Shown here one piece after another: positions 1-8,429 of a stretch of DNA of 64,000 nt (the stretch's first letter is position 1; the number at the start of each line of letters is the position of its first letter). The position numbers and the translations under genes are program-made. Under the pieces are notes generated by a model. It saw only the letters and a program-made list of their open reading frames with translations, did no database searches and was not told the origin of the DNA. The DNA lies in the sequence record PP793740.1; one strand, 5' to 3'.

Positions 1-22
1 TCGAGTCCCCTTGGGCGCGCCA
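1..22 (+). tRNA. 3' end of a tRNA cut by the window edge (acceptor end resembles tRNA-Arg)
   Basis: T-loop remnant TCGAGT, stem CCCCT, acceptor strand TGGGCGC, discriminator G, CCA; anticodon outside window so identity is tentative. Confidence 0.8.
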
Positions 23-28
23 TTTAAT

Positions 29-104
<76 letters not shown>

Positions 105-110
105 TATTCT

Positions 111-136
111 AAAGAGTAGCTTCGGCTACTCTTTTA
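111..136 (+). terminator. intrinsic terminator
   Basis: AAAGAGTAGC-TTCG-GCTACTCTTT followed by T. Confidence 0.85.
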
Positions 137-188
137 TGTTGCCATGGGTTATCTTATGAATTAAAATGATTTACTTGAGAGCACACTC

Positions 189-1196
189 ATGTTTGAATTA
201 CTATTATCACCAGATATAGGCGAAGAGTTACCCTTGGTTGGATTTAATGAAATTATTAAATTAGGTGATCTACCTGTAGCGTTAGCTGGTACAATGTCAT
301 ATGTGGATGGAAATACACTGTATGTTGGATCTGGTCATCATACTGAAGGACAAACAGCTGCAACTGTGTTCAGACGTTTTACCATATCGCCATTTGCCGA
401 TATAGGTGCAACTGCTTCTGGAACATTCTTACCAGGGGTATCTTTAGGATTTGGGACATTACATAAGAATAACTTTATTGTTTATGGTGGTATTACTGGA
501 TGGAACTCGGCTGGTAATGGTGGTACGGGAACATCTAACTTTATACAACATTTTGATATAGCTACAGGCAATAGGGTTGAGCGATATAGTGGTCCCGTAC
601 CACTTTGGGGCACAGCCTCCGCATCAGATGGTAATGATCTTATTCTATGCGTTAACCCAATTGGCGTAAACGCAATGCGATTAAAACCATCAAGTAAGTC
701 TTGGCTTAGCGGGCAAGACTATTCAGGTGGTGCTCGTTCAGGTCAACAGTTATTCTTTTATAATGGTTACTTTTACCATTTTGGTGGTTGGGATAATACA
801 AAGAACATACCTAATCTTGAAGTTTATCGATATAATGCAACTACCTTAATATGGGAGCAAACACCTTGGATGATTATACCTGCTGATAAAGGAACAATCT
901 GGCAAGGTAATGGTTATGTAGATGGGGACTATTTTAATTACCTTAACGCTGTTGATGTCGGCGGTGTAACTAAAATGTTTGCACAACGTTTTAATATTAG
1001 GCGCCGGAAATGGGCTGAACCATTTGAACTAGGTATCGGATTCCTTAATATTTCATCTATAGCTAAAGGTCCGGATAATAGCATGATCATTGTAGGTGGA
1101 TCTAAAATGCCAGTTGGTGGTGGAGCATATATGTTGAAAAGCCAATTGTTATCAGGTATCTATCAGGTAAAACTAGCACCATTAATCATTGATTAA
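189..1196 (+). CDS. Kelch-like beta-propeller protein, possibly virion-associated
   Basis: repeated YVGSG / IVYGG / YHFGG / IIVGG with downstream W, typical Kelch blade spacing. Confidence 0.65.
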   Translation: MFELLLSPDIGEELPLVGFNEIIKLGDLPVALAGTMSYVDGNTLYVGSGHHTEGQTAATVFRRFTISPFADIGATASGTFLPGVSLGFGTLHKNNFIVYGGITGWNSAGNGGTGTSNFIQHFDIATGNRVERYSGPVPLWGTASASDGNDLILCVNPIGVNAMRLKPSSKSWLSGQDYSGGARSGQQLFFYNGYFYHFGGWDNTKNIPNLEVYRYNATTLIWEQTPWMIIPADKGTIWQGNGYVDGDYFNYLNAVDVGGVTKMFAQRFNIRRRKWAEPFELGIGFLNISSIAKGPDNSMIIVGGSKMPVGGGAYMLKSQLLSGIYQVKLAPLIID

Positions 1197-1480
1197 AATA
1201 ATAATATTTATAACTATTTAGATAATTATACTGGCACGATGATATTATGTAAGAGTACTATAATAAAGTATTCTTAAATCTATCCACTAAACACACTCGG
1301 TGGTAGAACTTATTATAGAGTGTGTCTAAATGCCAGGGGTTTGCCACCCCTGGTTATATTCATTGTTACTATTATAAATTCATTTATAGATGAGAAAAGG
1401 TTTTATCACCTTTTCAAAATCGGCATTTAATTCCAGTTAAAAAACTGAATCTATGCTACATTGTAATAAAGGAGTCTATT

Positions 1481-1993
1481 ATGACTAACTCTAATCAGTT
1501 TGTAAGAACTATTGTAAAGTACCAAGATATCCTAGATGCTTTAATTCAAAAAACGAATGAGAACTGGGTTAATTATCGATCTAATTCTATTGGTCATATT
1601 GTTATTCGTGAATACAGGACTGTTGGATTATTTGTAGGTCGGCAATGTGGTAGTACAACTGCATTGATTGAGTTTGCTAATCGTCATCCTGGCGAATGTC
1701 TAGCTGTATTTGTAGAAGATAAAATTAAACAGGTTGTACTGGCTAAGTTCCAGAATGCTAAAGATAATATTGTTTCTTGTTTAATTACACACCAACTCCG
1801 TAAATATATTCATCAACCTGAGGAATCATCTATTCAAAAAGATATTAAAGAAGAATTAATATCGTCTGTAAAATATATTCTTGTTGACAATGCCTCATTT
1901 AATCTGAACCTACGCGGTATCACTGATAAAGAATTTAACCAGTGGGTTGCAGATACTTTTGGTACAGAGGTAATGGTGGTTCGTTTTAGTTAG
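1481..1993 (+). CDS. hypothetical protein with degenerate P-loop NTPase motifs
   Basis: GRQCGSTT (Walker A-like) and ILVDNA (Walker B-like); RBS AAGGAG. Confidence 0.6.
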   Translation: MTNSNQFVRTIVKYQDILDALIQKTNENWVNYRSNSIGHIVIREYRTVGLFVGRQCGSTTALIEFANRHPGECLAVFVEDKIKQVVLAKFQNAKDNIVSCLITHQLRKYIHQPEESSIQKDIKEELISSVKYILVDNASFNLNLRGITDKEFNQWVADTFGTEVMVVRFS

Positions 1994-2154
1994 AATTAGT
2001 AACTTTGATAGTTTCTAATAAGATTAACTACACGTTATTTACATAATGTCATAACAAGAAATAAATAATACTCAGATTGTAATAATATGTAGTTATTACA
2101 TATCTATATTAGGTTGTCAGTAACTCATCTCTAATATAAAATCGCCATAATTCT

Positions 2155-2230
<76 letters not shown>

Positions 2231-2274
2231 ATTCATAGTTTTAGATTTAGTTATATTTCACTACTATGTAAACT

Positions 2275-2300
2275 ATAAAGGCAGCTAATGCTGCCTTTAT
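2275..2300 (+). terminator. intrinsic terminator
   Basis: ATAAAGGCAGC-TAAT-GCTGCCTTTAT. Confidence 0.8.
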
Positions 2301-2361
2301 GTCGTCTTGTAAAAGTACCCAGTAGTTGAATCTTATAGCTGAATACAAATAGGGTAAAGAC

Positions 2362-2547
2362 ATGTCACTTAAAGCATTGCAAGATATAGTTAGTAGTGTT
2401 CCTACAAATGAACAAAAGGAACGATTAGTTAAAGTTCGGAAAACGATGGAAGAGCTAAATGAGTCTATTAAGAATCAGATTCGTAATAAACGACCTAGTC
2501 AAGCTCTTCTCGACAAAACGATAAACTGGGGTACCAAGTATGGCTAA
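2362..2547 (+). CDS. hypothetical protein
   Basis: ORF track; overlaps next gene. Confidence 0.65.
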   Translation: MSLKALQDIVSSVPTNEQKERLVKVRKTMEELNESIKNQIRNKRPSQALLDKTINWGTKYG

Positions 2548-2830
2548 GACATTAGTTCGTGCAAAGCTGATTACTGAGGCTGGTCAATGGATGTCGTCTG
2601 ACTGGGAATGTGGTTTCCGTGCATGTCGATTCGTGAAACTTGGTAATGATCATGTAAACATAAAAGACTTTGAGGCTATGATCACGGCATTCGAAGTTGG
2701 TGACATGTTAGTGATTTGGCCAAATGGGCTTAGAACTTCGTATAGTGTGGATAATTTCAATAAGTACTTTTCCCATATCAAAGATGAATACCATGAGACT
2801 GATCTCCGTCCACTCTTTTACCCCAAGTAG
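2540..2830 (+). CDS. hypothetical protein
   Basis: ORF track; coupled to upstream ORF. Confidence 0.7.
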   Translation: MAKTLVRAKLITEAGQWMSSDWECGFRACRFVKLGNDHVNIKDFEAMITAFEVGDMLVIWPNGLRTSYSVDNFNKYFSHIKDEYHETDLRPLFYPK

Positions 2831-3301
2831 TTGAGCTTATGATAACTATATTCGTGTATAAATACATTACATTCGTTATACCCTTTAATTGATTGAAATC
2901 AAGCTACATAAAAGTGATTGAATGGTCCATGTAGGTGATAATTTTAATAAAGGTAAAGGATTTATCAGAGAATATCTCAGTGCATTTAGGTATTTTATCA
3001 CTCGCCTATCTAAATCACATAAAGCCCTTTACCGAGGAATGTGAGAATGTTGGTTGCGATTGATAATACTGGGACAGAATATGATGTCGACCCAACTGAT
3101 GAAGTAGACGTAATGTTTGTATTTAGACCCACACTAAAATAACTTTATATGACTTAATACCCCTCTATATAGAGTGGTCTATTTATAAGTAAAATTATAC
3201 ATAGAGTTAATATTATTTGTAGATTAGTTCTACACATAACTCAACTTGAAACCGGGTGTTAATAAAATTTAACACTACGGAAAACATAAAGGTGTATAAA
3301 A

Positions 3302-3931
3302 ATGGCTTTTCATTTTACTGAAGTAGATTTAAATGATTTTATCAATGAATCAGGTAAAGACTTAAAAATAAATGTTGGTAAACAAACACTAGCAGTTTAT
3401 GATATCGATAGGCTAAATATTGTTAATTCAACTATTAATAAACTAGTTTATAATGAACCTATAAGTGAAGAACACATAGATGCATCACTTACAGATAATT
3501 CATTAAAAGAGCTTAATGATTATTTACTAAATGTTGGTGTTACTGAAAGCGCTAAAATGATGATTGATGCTGTGTTAGAATTAAGCGATTATCATAAAAG
3601 TGATGAATACTTTAACCCAATGATGTATAAATTAAAAAGTATGCACACTAAAAATACAGATGGTGTTTATTTGATATTTTTACCAACGCCTACTATCGAT
3701 GATCAAATTAACACCATGCAAGGGTATATTATCAATAAATCCGGTAATCTCATTAGGACTACTGTACAGTCATGGCGATTTGAGAAAATTGAATTCAAAG
3801 ACTTAGCCAAACATGATAGACGTTGGTTATTTATTGAATATTACATTAATGTTAAACAAACGAAAAATAATATAATCAAAGAGCAACAAGATGAATTAAC
3901 TAAATTTATTTATTATAGTACTCTAAGTTAA
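3302..3931 (+). CDS. hypothetical protein
   Basis: 209-aa ORF with AAGG RBS, followed by terminator. Confidence 0.8.
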   Translation: MAFHFTEVDLNDFINESGKDLKINVGKQTLAVYDIDRLNIVNSTINKLVYNEPISEEHIDASLTDNSLKELNDYLLNVGVTESAKMMIDAVLELSDYHKSDEYFNPMMYKLKSMHTKNTDGVYLIFLPTPTIDDQINTMQGYIINKSGNLIRTTVQSWRFEKIEFKDLAKHDRRWLFIEYYINVKQTKNNIIKEQQDELTKFIYYSTLS

Positions 3932-3955
3932 AACAAATAAAAAAATAAATATAAG

Positions 3956-3978
3956 AGCTAGCCCCTAATGGGCTAGCT
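3956..3978. terminator. bidirectional terminator
   Basis: AGCTAGCCC-CTAAT-GGGCTAGCT between convergent ORFs. Confidence 0.8.
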
Positions 3979-3988
3979 TTATGTTATC

Positions 3989-4126
3989 TTACTCTGCTAC
4001 ATCTTTTACATCAGGTTTATTATTCCAACGTACTGCTCTCGCAATACCATACGTAAGAATAAGAGCACCTACGGTGCCAATAGTGGTGCTAATAATAATG
4101 CCAAGAGTTTTTGGATCAATATTCAT
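3989..4126 (-). CDS. 45-aa single-pass membrane peptide (not in ORF track)
   Basis: translated by hand: MNIDPKTLGIIISTTIGTVGALILTYGIARAVRWNNKPDVKDVAE; RBS AGGA; promoter motif upstream. Confidence 0.7.
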   Translation of the reverse strand: MNIDPKTLGIIISTTIGTVGALILTYGIARAVRWNNKPDVKDVAE

Positions 4127-4183
4127 ATTTAGTATCCTATTTACAATTAATAGAAAATATTACTTTTAGTAATATCAAGTTAA

Positions 4184-4211
4184 TGATATACTGTTTAAAT
4201 ATGTTTGAATA
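4184..4211 (-). promoter_or_regulatory. early-promoter cassette variant
   Basis: 26 bp identical to 34897-34922; transcribed strand reads TTTAAACAGTATATCA. Confidence 0.6.
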
Positions 4212-4273
4212 TAACTTTATTTATTATAATAAATAAAATAATACTTTCATATACACTATATGTAGAAGATTCC

Positions 4274-4350
4274 GCCGCTATAGCTCAGCTAGGTAGAGCA
4301 ACGCACTTGTAATGCGTAGGTCCTCCGTTCGATTCGGAGTGGCGGCACCA
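4274..4350 (+). tRNA. tRNA-Thr(TGT)
   Basis: 77-nt cloverleaf, GCCGCTA/TGGCGGC acceptor, TGT at 4308-4310, T-loop TTCGATT, CCA. Confidence 0.97.
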
Positions 4351-4428
4351 AATTTACTGAGGTTTAAACTATTCTTAAATATATTAGTTAGGATGGGATT
4401 GAACGCGAAAGACTCAGTAAATCATATT

Positions 4429-4448
4429 GCCCCTCCATATGGAGGGGC
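4429..4448 (+). terminator. intrinsic terminator
   Basis: GCCCCTCCA-TA-TGGAGGGGC then TTATG. Confidence 0.75.
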
Positions 4449-4479
4449 TTATGTTTGTCATTAATCAGGAAAATATAAA

Positions 4480-4656
4480 ATGAGTCATCTATTATTTATC
4501 ATCCAAGAATACATTACTAATAAATTTGAGGTAACACGAATTGATATGAAGCCAGGTAATAGAATGTTACGTGTATGTTTATACGGTCAACATGAGGGAA
4601 AAGGTTTCGTCCGTATAGATTTATGGTCAGTTGGTTATCGCATTACAAAGAAATAA
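4480..4656 (+). CDS. 58-aa hypothetical protein (not in ORF track)
   Basis: hand translation MSHLLFIIQEY...GYRITKK; AGGA RBS. Confidence 0.55.
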   Translation: MSHLLFIIQEYITNKFEVTRIDMKPGNRMLRVCLYGQHEGKGFVRIDLWSVGYRITKK

Positions 4657-4698
4657 TACTCCAGATTATTTAATATGTATTAATCAAAGGAGTTTATA

Positions 4699-5109
4699 AT
4701 GAGTAATGAAACTAACTATCTAGGTTATGAATGGAAAACAGATATAACTACTTCAAATCTTAATAGAGTGGTTGATTTATATACACTTGAATTAACATGG
4801 TTAAAAGAAGATTTTAATGATACTCTTTTTATAAAGTCTTATAAAGTGCTAGAGGGTCTATTAGAGGAACCGTCTAGGGCAATCCATGATGATACAGTAA
4901 CCGTTCAAGATCAATTAGATGAATTAAATACTGTTTTTAAATTAGTATTTGGAAAAGATAATGACGTAGAGTTATCAATTAATAATGATTCAATTATTGT
5001 GATCGGTGCTACAGATGCAACTAAAGAAAAATTAGAAGCAGAGGTGCGTGAGTTTGCATATAGAAAATCATTAATTGATGAACGTTATCCAGACATTGTA
5101 ACGGATTAA
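4699..5109 (+). CDS. hypothetical protein
   Basis: ORF track; RBS AAGGAG. Confidence 0.8.
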   Translation: MSNETNYLGYEWKTDITTSNLNRVVDLYTLELTWLKEDFNDTLFIKSYKVLEGLLEEPSRAIHDDTVTVQDQLDELNTVFKLVFGKDNDVELSINNDSIIVIGATDATKEKLEAEVREFAYRKSLIDERYPDIVTD

Positions 5110-5189
5110 AATACTTACAGCTATCTAGTATGTAACTAGGCGGATTGCCATTTGTAAATTATCTATTTAATCAAACTGAGGAAATACTA

Positions 5190-5579
5190 ATGAAACAATT
5201 CTTTCAACTACTTCTAAGCCTACTTTTCAAACTACCGGTTCTATCATATTTTGCTGAGAAGAAACGACTAGAGAAAGAGAAAAAGGAAGAAGAAAAGCGT
5301 CAGCAAGAACAACGTCAAAAAGAACTACTTGACGAACAGCGTCGCGAACAAGAAGATCATTATCGAAAGACGGCTTACGATCGCCTAGCAAAACTTATTC
5401 ATACTCGGTGGTATGATGAGTTTAATGCATATGAAAAGAAACTAGTTGATCTTGCCGTGTCTACTGGTAAAGCAGTTAGTGTTAAGTATGGTAAAGTTAC
5501 TAAGATGCAACACCCTCATCAATTTAAACTACTTAATGATTGGCTGGATGATATTCCAGTAGAAGATTTTTCTAAGTGA
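5190..5579 (+). CDS. hypothetical protein, N-terminal hydrophobic segment plus charged coiled coil
   Basis: start moved to MKQFF (GAGGA RBS); EKKRLEKEKKEEEKRQQEQRQKE helix. Confidence 0.75.
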   Translation: MKQFFQLLLSLLFKLPVLSYFAEKKRLEKEKKEEEKRQQEQRQKELLDEQRREQEDHYRKTAYDRLAKLIHTRWYDEFNAYEKKLVDLAVSTGKAVSVKYGKVTKMQHPHQFKLLNDWLDDIPVEDFSK

Positions 5580-5605
5580 GTTTAAATAAAAAAATAAAGA
5601 CATAT

Positions 5606-5627
5606 CCCCTCTCCATACGGAGAGGGG
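5606..5627. terminator. bidirectional terminator at convergence of gene blocks
   Basis: CCCCTCTCC-ATAC-GGAGAGGGG flanked by A- and T-rich tracts. Confidence 0.85.
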
Positions 5628-5639
5628 TTTATGCCGTAA

Positions 5640-6320
5640 TTATACACTTACTTTGATAAGATTTTTAATATCAGTAAAATGGGTATATGTTGCCTTTTTA
5701 TCTTTGTGAACCAGTAAGCAACAGGTGCCTTCATTTACTGTATTGGTTTGTTTTAATGGGATATTTAAAGCATATTCAAACAGATCATCCATCCAGTTAA
5801 ATACCATGAACTTACTGATAAGGACATGATCGAAATCAATTAATCCAATAAACGAATCGATCTCAAATTGATAATACTCTACAACCATTTTAGACCATTC
5901 TTTGTTTATTGCCTCAATGACATTAGGATTATTTATTTTATTAAATAACTCAGTGCGTTCCTTAGTAGGTAAACTGAGGTAATAATTAATATTACTCCTA
6001 ACGATATCTGGATTAGTGATATCAATTTTTTCTGGTAAGTTATATTTACTATCTACATAATTCTTAGTTTCTGGCGTCATTCTCCAGCAACCATAATCAG
6101 CAGTAGTACTTGATAGATCTACTCTAGCCTCTACTACTTTAGAAAATACATTTACATATAAATTAACAGATTCACATATATCAGGTCTGATTGAATTAAA
6201 GTTTAAACTTTTAATAAGACCCCTAACTGGTCGAGTACCAATTAGACAATGCAATTCAAGCTTAACATTTTCCTCTTTAGCCATCTTAAATATATCAGCA
6301 AAACTGAGCTTTTCTGCCAT
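5640..6320 (-). CDS. hypothetical protein
   Basis: ORF track; packed operon. Confidence 0.8.
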   Translation of the reverse strand: MAEKLSFADIFKMAKEENVKLELHCLIGTRPVRGLIKSLNFNSIRPDICESVNLYVNVFSKVVEARVDLSSTTADYGCWRMTPETKNYVDSKYNLPEKIDITNPDIVRSNINYYLSLPTKERTELFNKINNPNVIEAINKEWSKMVVEYYQFEIDSFIGLIDFDHVLISKFMVFNWMDDLFEYALNIPLKQTNTVNEGTCCLLVHKDKKATYTHFTDIKNLIKVSV

Positions 6321-6470
6321 TTAGAATATACCTTTTATTAATTGGACAAATAGATTAGATACACATAGCAATAGAATAAACCATAAACCTAGTCTTTGTA
6401 ATTTATCTATACGCTTAGCTTTTTGTTTCCTCTCTAATCTAACTAATAATGTATTTTTAATATCATTCAT
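6321..6470 (-). CDS. 49-aa membrane peptide (not in ORF track)
   Basis: hand translation MNDIKNTLLVRLERKQKAKRIDKLQRLGLWFILLLCVSNLFVQLIKGIF; stop abuts next start. Confidence 0.6.
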   Translation of the reverse strand: MNDIKNTLLVRLERKQKAKRIDKLQRLGLWFILLLCVSNLFVQLIKGIF

Positions 6471-6488
6471 TAAATTATCTCAGATTTT

Positions 6489-7019
6489 TTAGACGGTGTA
6501 TAAACCCTCAGTATTACATGTTGTTATGATATTGTAAAGACGATGCCAATAGCGATCATACGTATTTTTACGTTTGTAGCTATTGGTGCGGATAATTAGA
6601 TTGGCGACCCAGTGATTTTTATCAATGGTCTCATGTAGATGCCCGAAATAAACCCCCAGTTCAATTTCGAATGGGATCTTACACTCACGCCCCTTACACA
6701 TTGCTTCACGCAATAAACGCATTACAGAATTCTCTGCATTGGTATCTTGAAATAAAATACTAATGTATCCAGGGCTACCACCAGTTTCTTCATCAACATG
6801 ACCTGAACAGCAATAAATAGTTGCAATATTGGTGAATTGGTTAAACCATTTAATCAATGGTCTACATGCTTCATCAATAAGATCTTCATATTCAGGTTTA
6901 TACATTACTTTAACAGTATCATCTGCCCGTTGTTTCACGTGATGAAAATATTGTTCCCAATTTACATTAGTGTAATATAGCATATCCATATTAGAATCAC
7001 TCATACAAATCAACCCCAT
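6489..7019 (-). CDS. TYW3/Taw3-like protein
   Basis: IDEACRPLIKWFNQFTNIATIYCCSGH resembles the TYW3 DxxIxxLLxxIN...TTSSCSGR signature. Confidence 0.45.
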   Translation of the reverse strand: MGLICMSDSNMDMLYYTNVNWEQYFHHVKQRADDTVKVMYKPEYEDLIDEACRPLIKWFNQFTNIATIYCCSGHVDEETGGSPGYISILFQDTNAENSVMRLLREAMCKGRECKIPFEIELGVYFGHLHETIDKNHWVANLIIRTNSYKRKNTYDRYWHRLYNIITTCNTEGLYTV

Positions 7020-7741
7020 ATGTTATTGGCATATTCGCGGTCATTGAAAATGCAGGTAAGATCCATCCGCTTTTGAATACGCGCCAGAATCCATTTTAGT
7101 TGTTTAGTTGATAGTTCCTGATTTTGCTTGTACTCACCTGTAGCATGGATGTAATAATCAAATTTACGACTTACAGTAGTAGTATGTGCACATGCAATAG
7201 CAAATGCTTCAAGTGCAGTTAGTTTGGTTGATCCATTATCATTACAATTAGGGATAAACTCAAGTACACTATTAACTGCATCTACACCACTACCTAAATG
7301 AGCCCAATCTTTCTTGGTGATCTCGATACTCATATCTTTAAGAATAACTGTATATATGTCACCATTCTCCATAGTGAACATCATAGAAGTATTACCATTA
7401 AACAACCTGCGTTCTATGACTGGCATGATATTTACTTCAACTTTAAACCAGTCAGCTAAATCAACACCTGCGGTAAGGGCATTCAATAGATCATAAACAT
7501 TATCTATAGTTCCAGCAAAAGCCATAGTTTTAACACGTTTGCCTTGCCAAGTAACAGTCGGATGAAAAATTATCTTGTGGCAATCATTGTAATATACATC
7601 TACACCTTCAGCTTTAGCAGTTAGATCAATATAACCGTTATCTAATACTGGAAGTCGCCCAATGCTATCAGTTGCATTATTCCGCTCAATTAATAGGCAG
7701 TCTGCAATCATGACTTTACCATCATTTACGATATATGTCAT
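7010..7741 (-). CDS. HslV/proteasome-beta-like Ntn-hydrolase
   Basis: RBS places start at M-T-Y-I-V-N-D-G...IADC; later KI, MAFAG, HLGSG, ALEAFAIA motifs. Confidence 0.6.
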   Translation of the reverse strand: MTYIVNDGKVMIADCLLIERNNATDSIGRLPVLDNGYIDLTAKAEGVDVYYNDCHKIIFHPTVTWQGKRVKTMAFAGTIDNVYDLLNALTAGVDLADWFKVEVNIMPVIERRLFNGNTSMMFTMENGDIYTVILKDMSIEITKKDWAHLGSGVDAVNSVLEFIPNCNDNGSTKLTALEAFAIACAHTTTVSRKFDYYIHATGEYKQNQELSTKQLKWILARIQKRMDLTCIFNDREYANNIWG

Positions 7742-7784
7742 TTTCACTCCTTATAATAAAATAAATAGGCTTAAGCGAAATAAA

Positions 7785-7804
7785 GCCCTCCCCGAAGGGA
7801 GGGC
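7785..7804 (-). terminator. terminator, CCCTCCC-CGAA-GGGAGGG family
   Basis: perfect 8-bp stem; on the minus strand a TTCG loop and TTTATTT tail. Confidence 0.85.
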
Positions 7805-7817
7805 ATTATCAATAGGT

Positions 7818-7881
7818 GGGATCTCGGCGGCACCTTCATTTGCGGACGGGAACGCTGAAGGGAGATAGTCCGGGAGATCCC
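7818..7881. ncRNA. candidate structured RNA, strand uncertain
   Basis: 40/64 G+C; nested stems GGGATCTC/GAGATCCC, CCTTCA/TGAAGG, GCG/CGC and alternative CGGAC/GTCCG. Confidence 0.5.
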
Positions 7882-7907
7882 GATTTGGATATTCTTTACA
7901 TATGGTA

Positions 7908-8288
7908 TTACTGCAAGTATTTGTTCCCCGCAGTATAATCACCATTGATCCAATTTTTGATTACAACACTGATCCCTTCATTTTCTTTAACGGTAACCCC
8001 CAACTCAAGATCGATTGATTGATAAGCTACAGCAGCCAGTGTTAACCGAAGATAAACGGATCCATCTTTTTCGATATCGTAGGATACTACGAACCCGTCT
8101 TGTAGATTTTGTAGCTGGAATGTATTAGCATGTTGTGGGTGGAGACGATCCATATTGTACTCGACGACATCTAGTAGATATTGCCGAGCATCAGCAGCAT
8201 TATCAAATCCGAGATCGCACAGACCGATCGGATAGCGAGCTTGCGTGCATGTAACTTTCATAGATACTACACGATGTTGTTTGCACAT
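7908..8288 (-). CDS. hypothetical protein
   Basis: ORF track; bounded by terminators. Confidence 0.7.
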   Translation of the reverse strand: MCKQHRVVSMKVTCTQARYPIGLCDLGFDNAADARQYLLDVVEYNMDRLHPQHANTFQLQNLQDGFVVSYDIEKDGSVYLRLTLAAVAYQSIDLELGVTVKENEGISVVIKNWINGDYTAGNKYLQ

Positions 8289-8313
8289 TATATTTTCCTC
8301 TTAGATGTCAAAA

Positions 8314-8336
8314 ACCCTCCCCGATCAGGGGAGGGT
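8314..8336 (-). terminator. terminator
   Basis: ACCCTCCCC-GATCA-GGGGAGGGT. Confidence 0.8.
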
Positions 8337-8429
8337 ATCTCATTGGTACTTCTTCAGCAAAACTGAAACTAAGATAAAAGAGCAATCGTAAAGGAACTAC
8401 ATAGAATAGTGTATTTCTTTTACTATTTT

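Noticed and set aside
2835-3145. Fragmentary plus-strand ORFs (40 aa, 31 aa and others) between 2830 and 3302
   Set aside because: Overlapping short frames with no recognisable homology; may be a decayed gene but cannot be supported
4351-4420. Stem TTACTGAG/CTCAGTAA right after tRNA-Thr as a tRNA-processing theta ribozyme
   Set aside because: No G at the tRNA 3' junction, no HDV-type core; AT-rich interior
6971-6982. TATATTAC match inside the 6489-7019 CDS
   Set aside because: Encodes LYY, lacks the upstream TTT(A/G)A element of the intergenic promoters
7833-7861. HDV-like/theta ribozyme call for the 7818 element
   Set aside because: The P3/L3-like hairpin is there, but its flanks pair with each other; no P1 partner strand, P4 or J4/2 catalytic C in the required order
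7856-7876. TGAAGGGAGATAGTCCGGGAG resembles the group I intron J8/7-P7 (S) element
   Set aside because: No upstream GACUA partner for P7, no P3-P6 core, only 64 nt and no interrupted gene
7751-7945. 64-aa minus-strand ORF covering the GC-rich element
   Set aside because: Reads straight through the terminator hairpin, has no RBS and overlaps the upstream gene; the element is better explained as RNA structure
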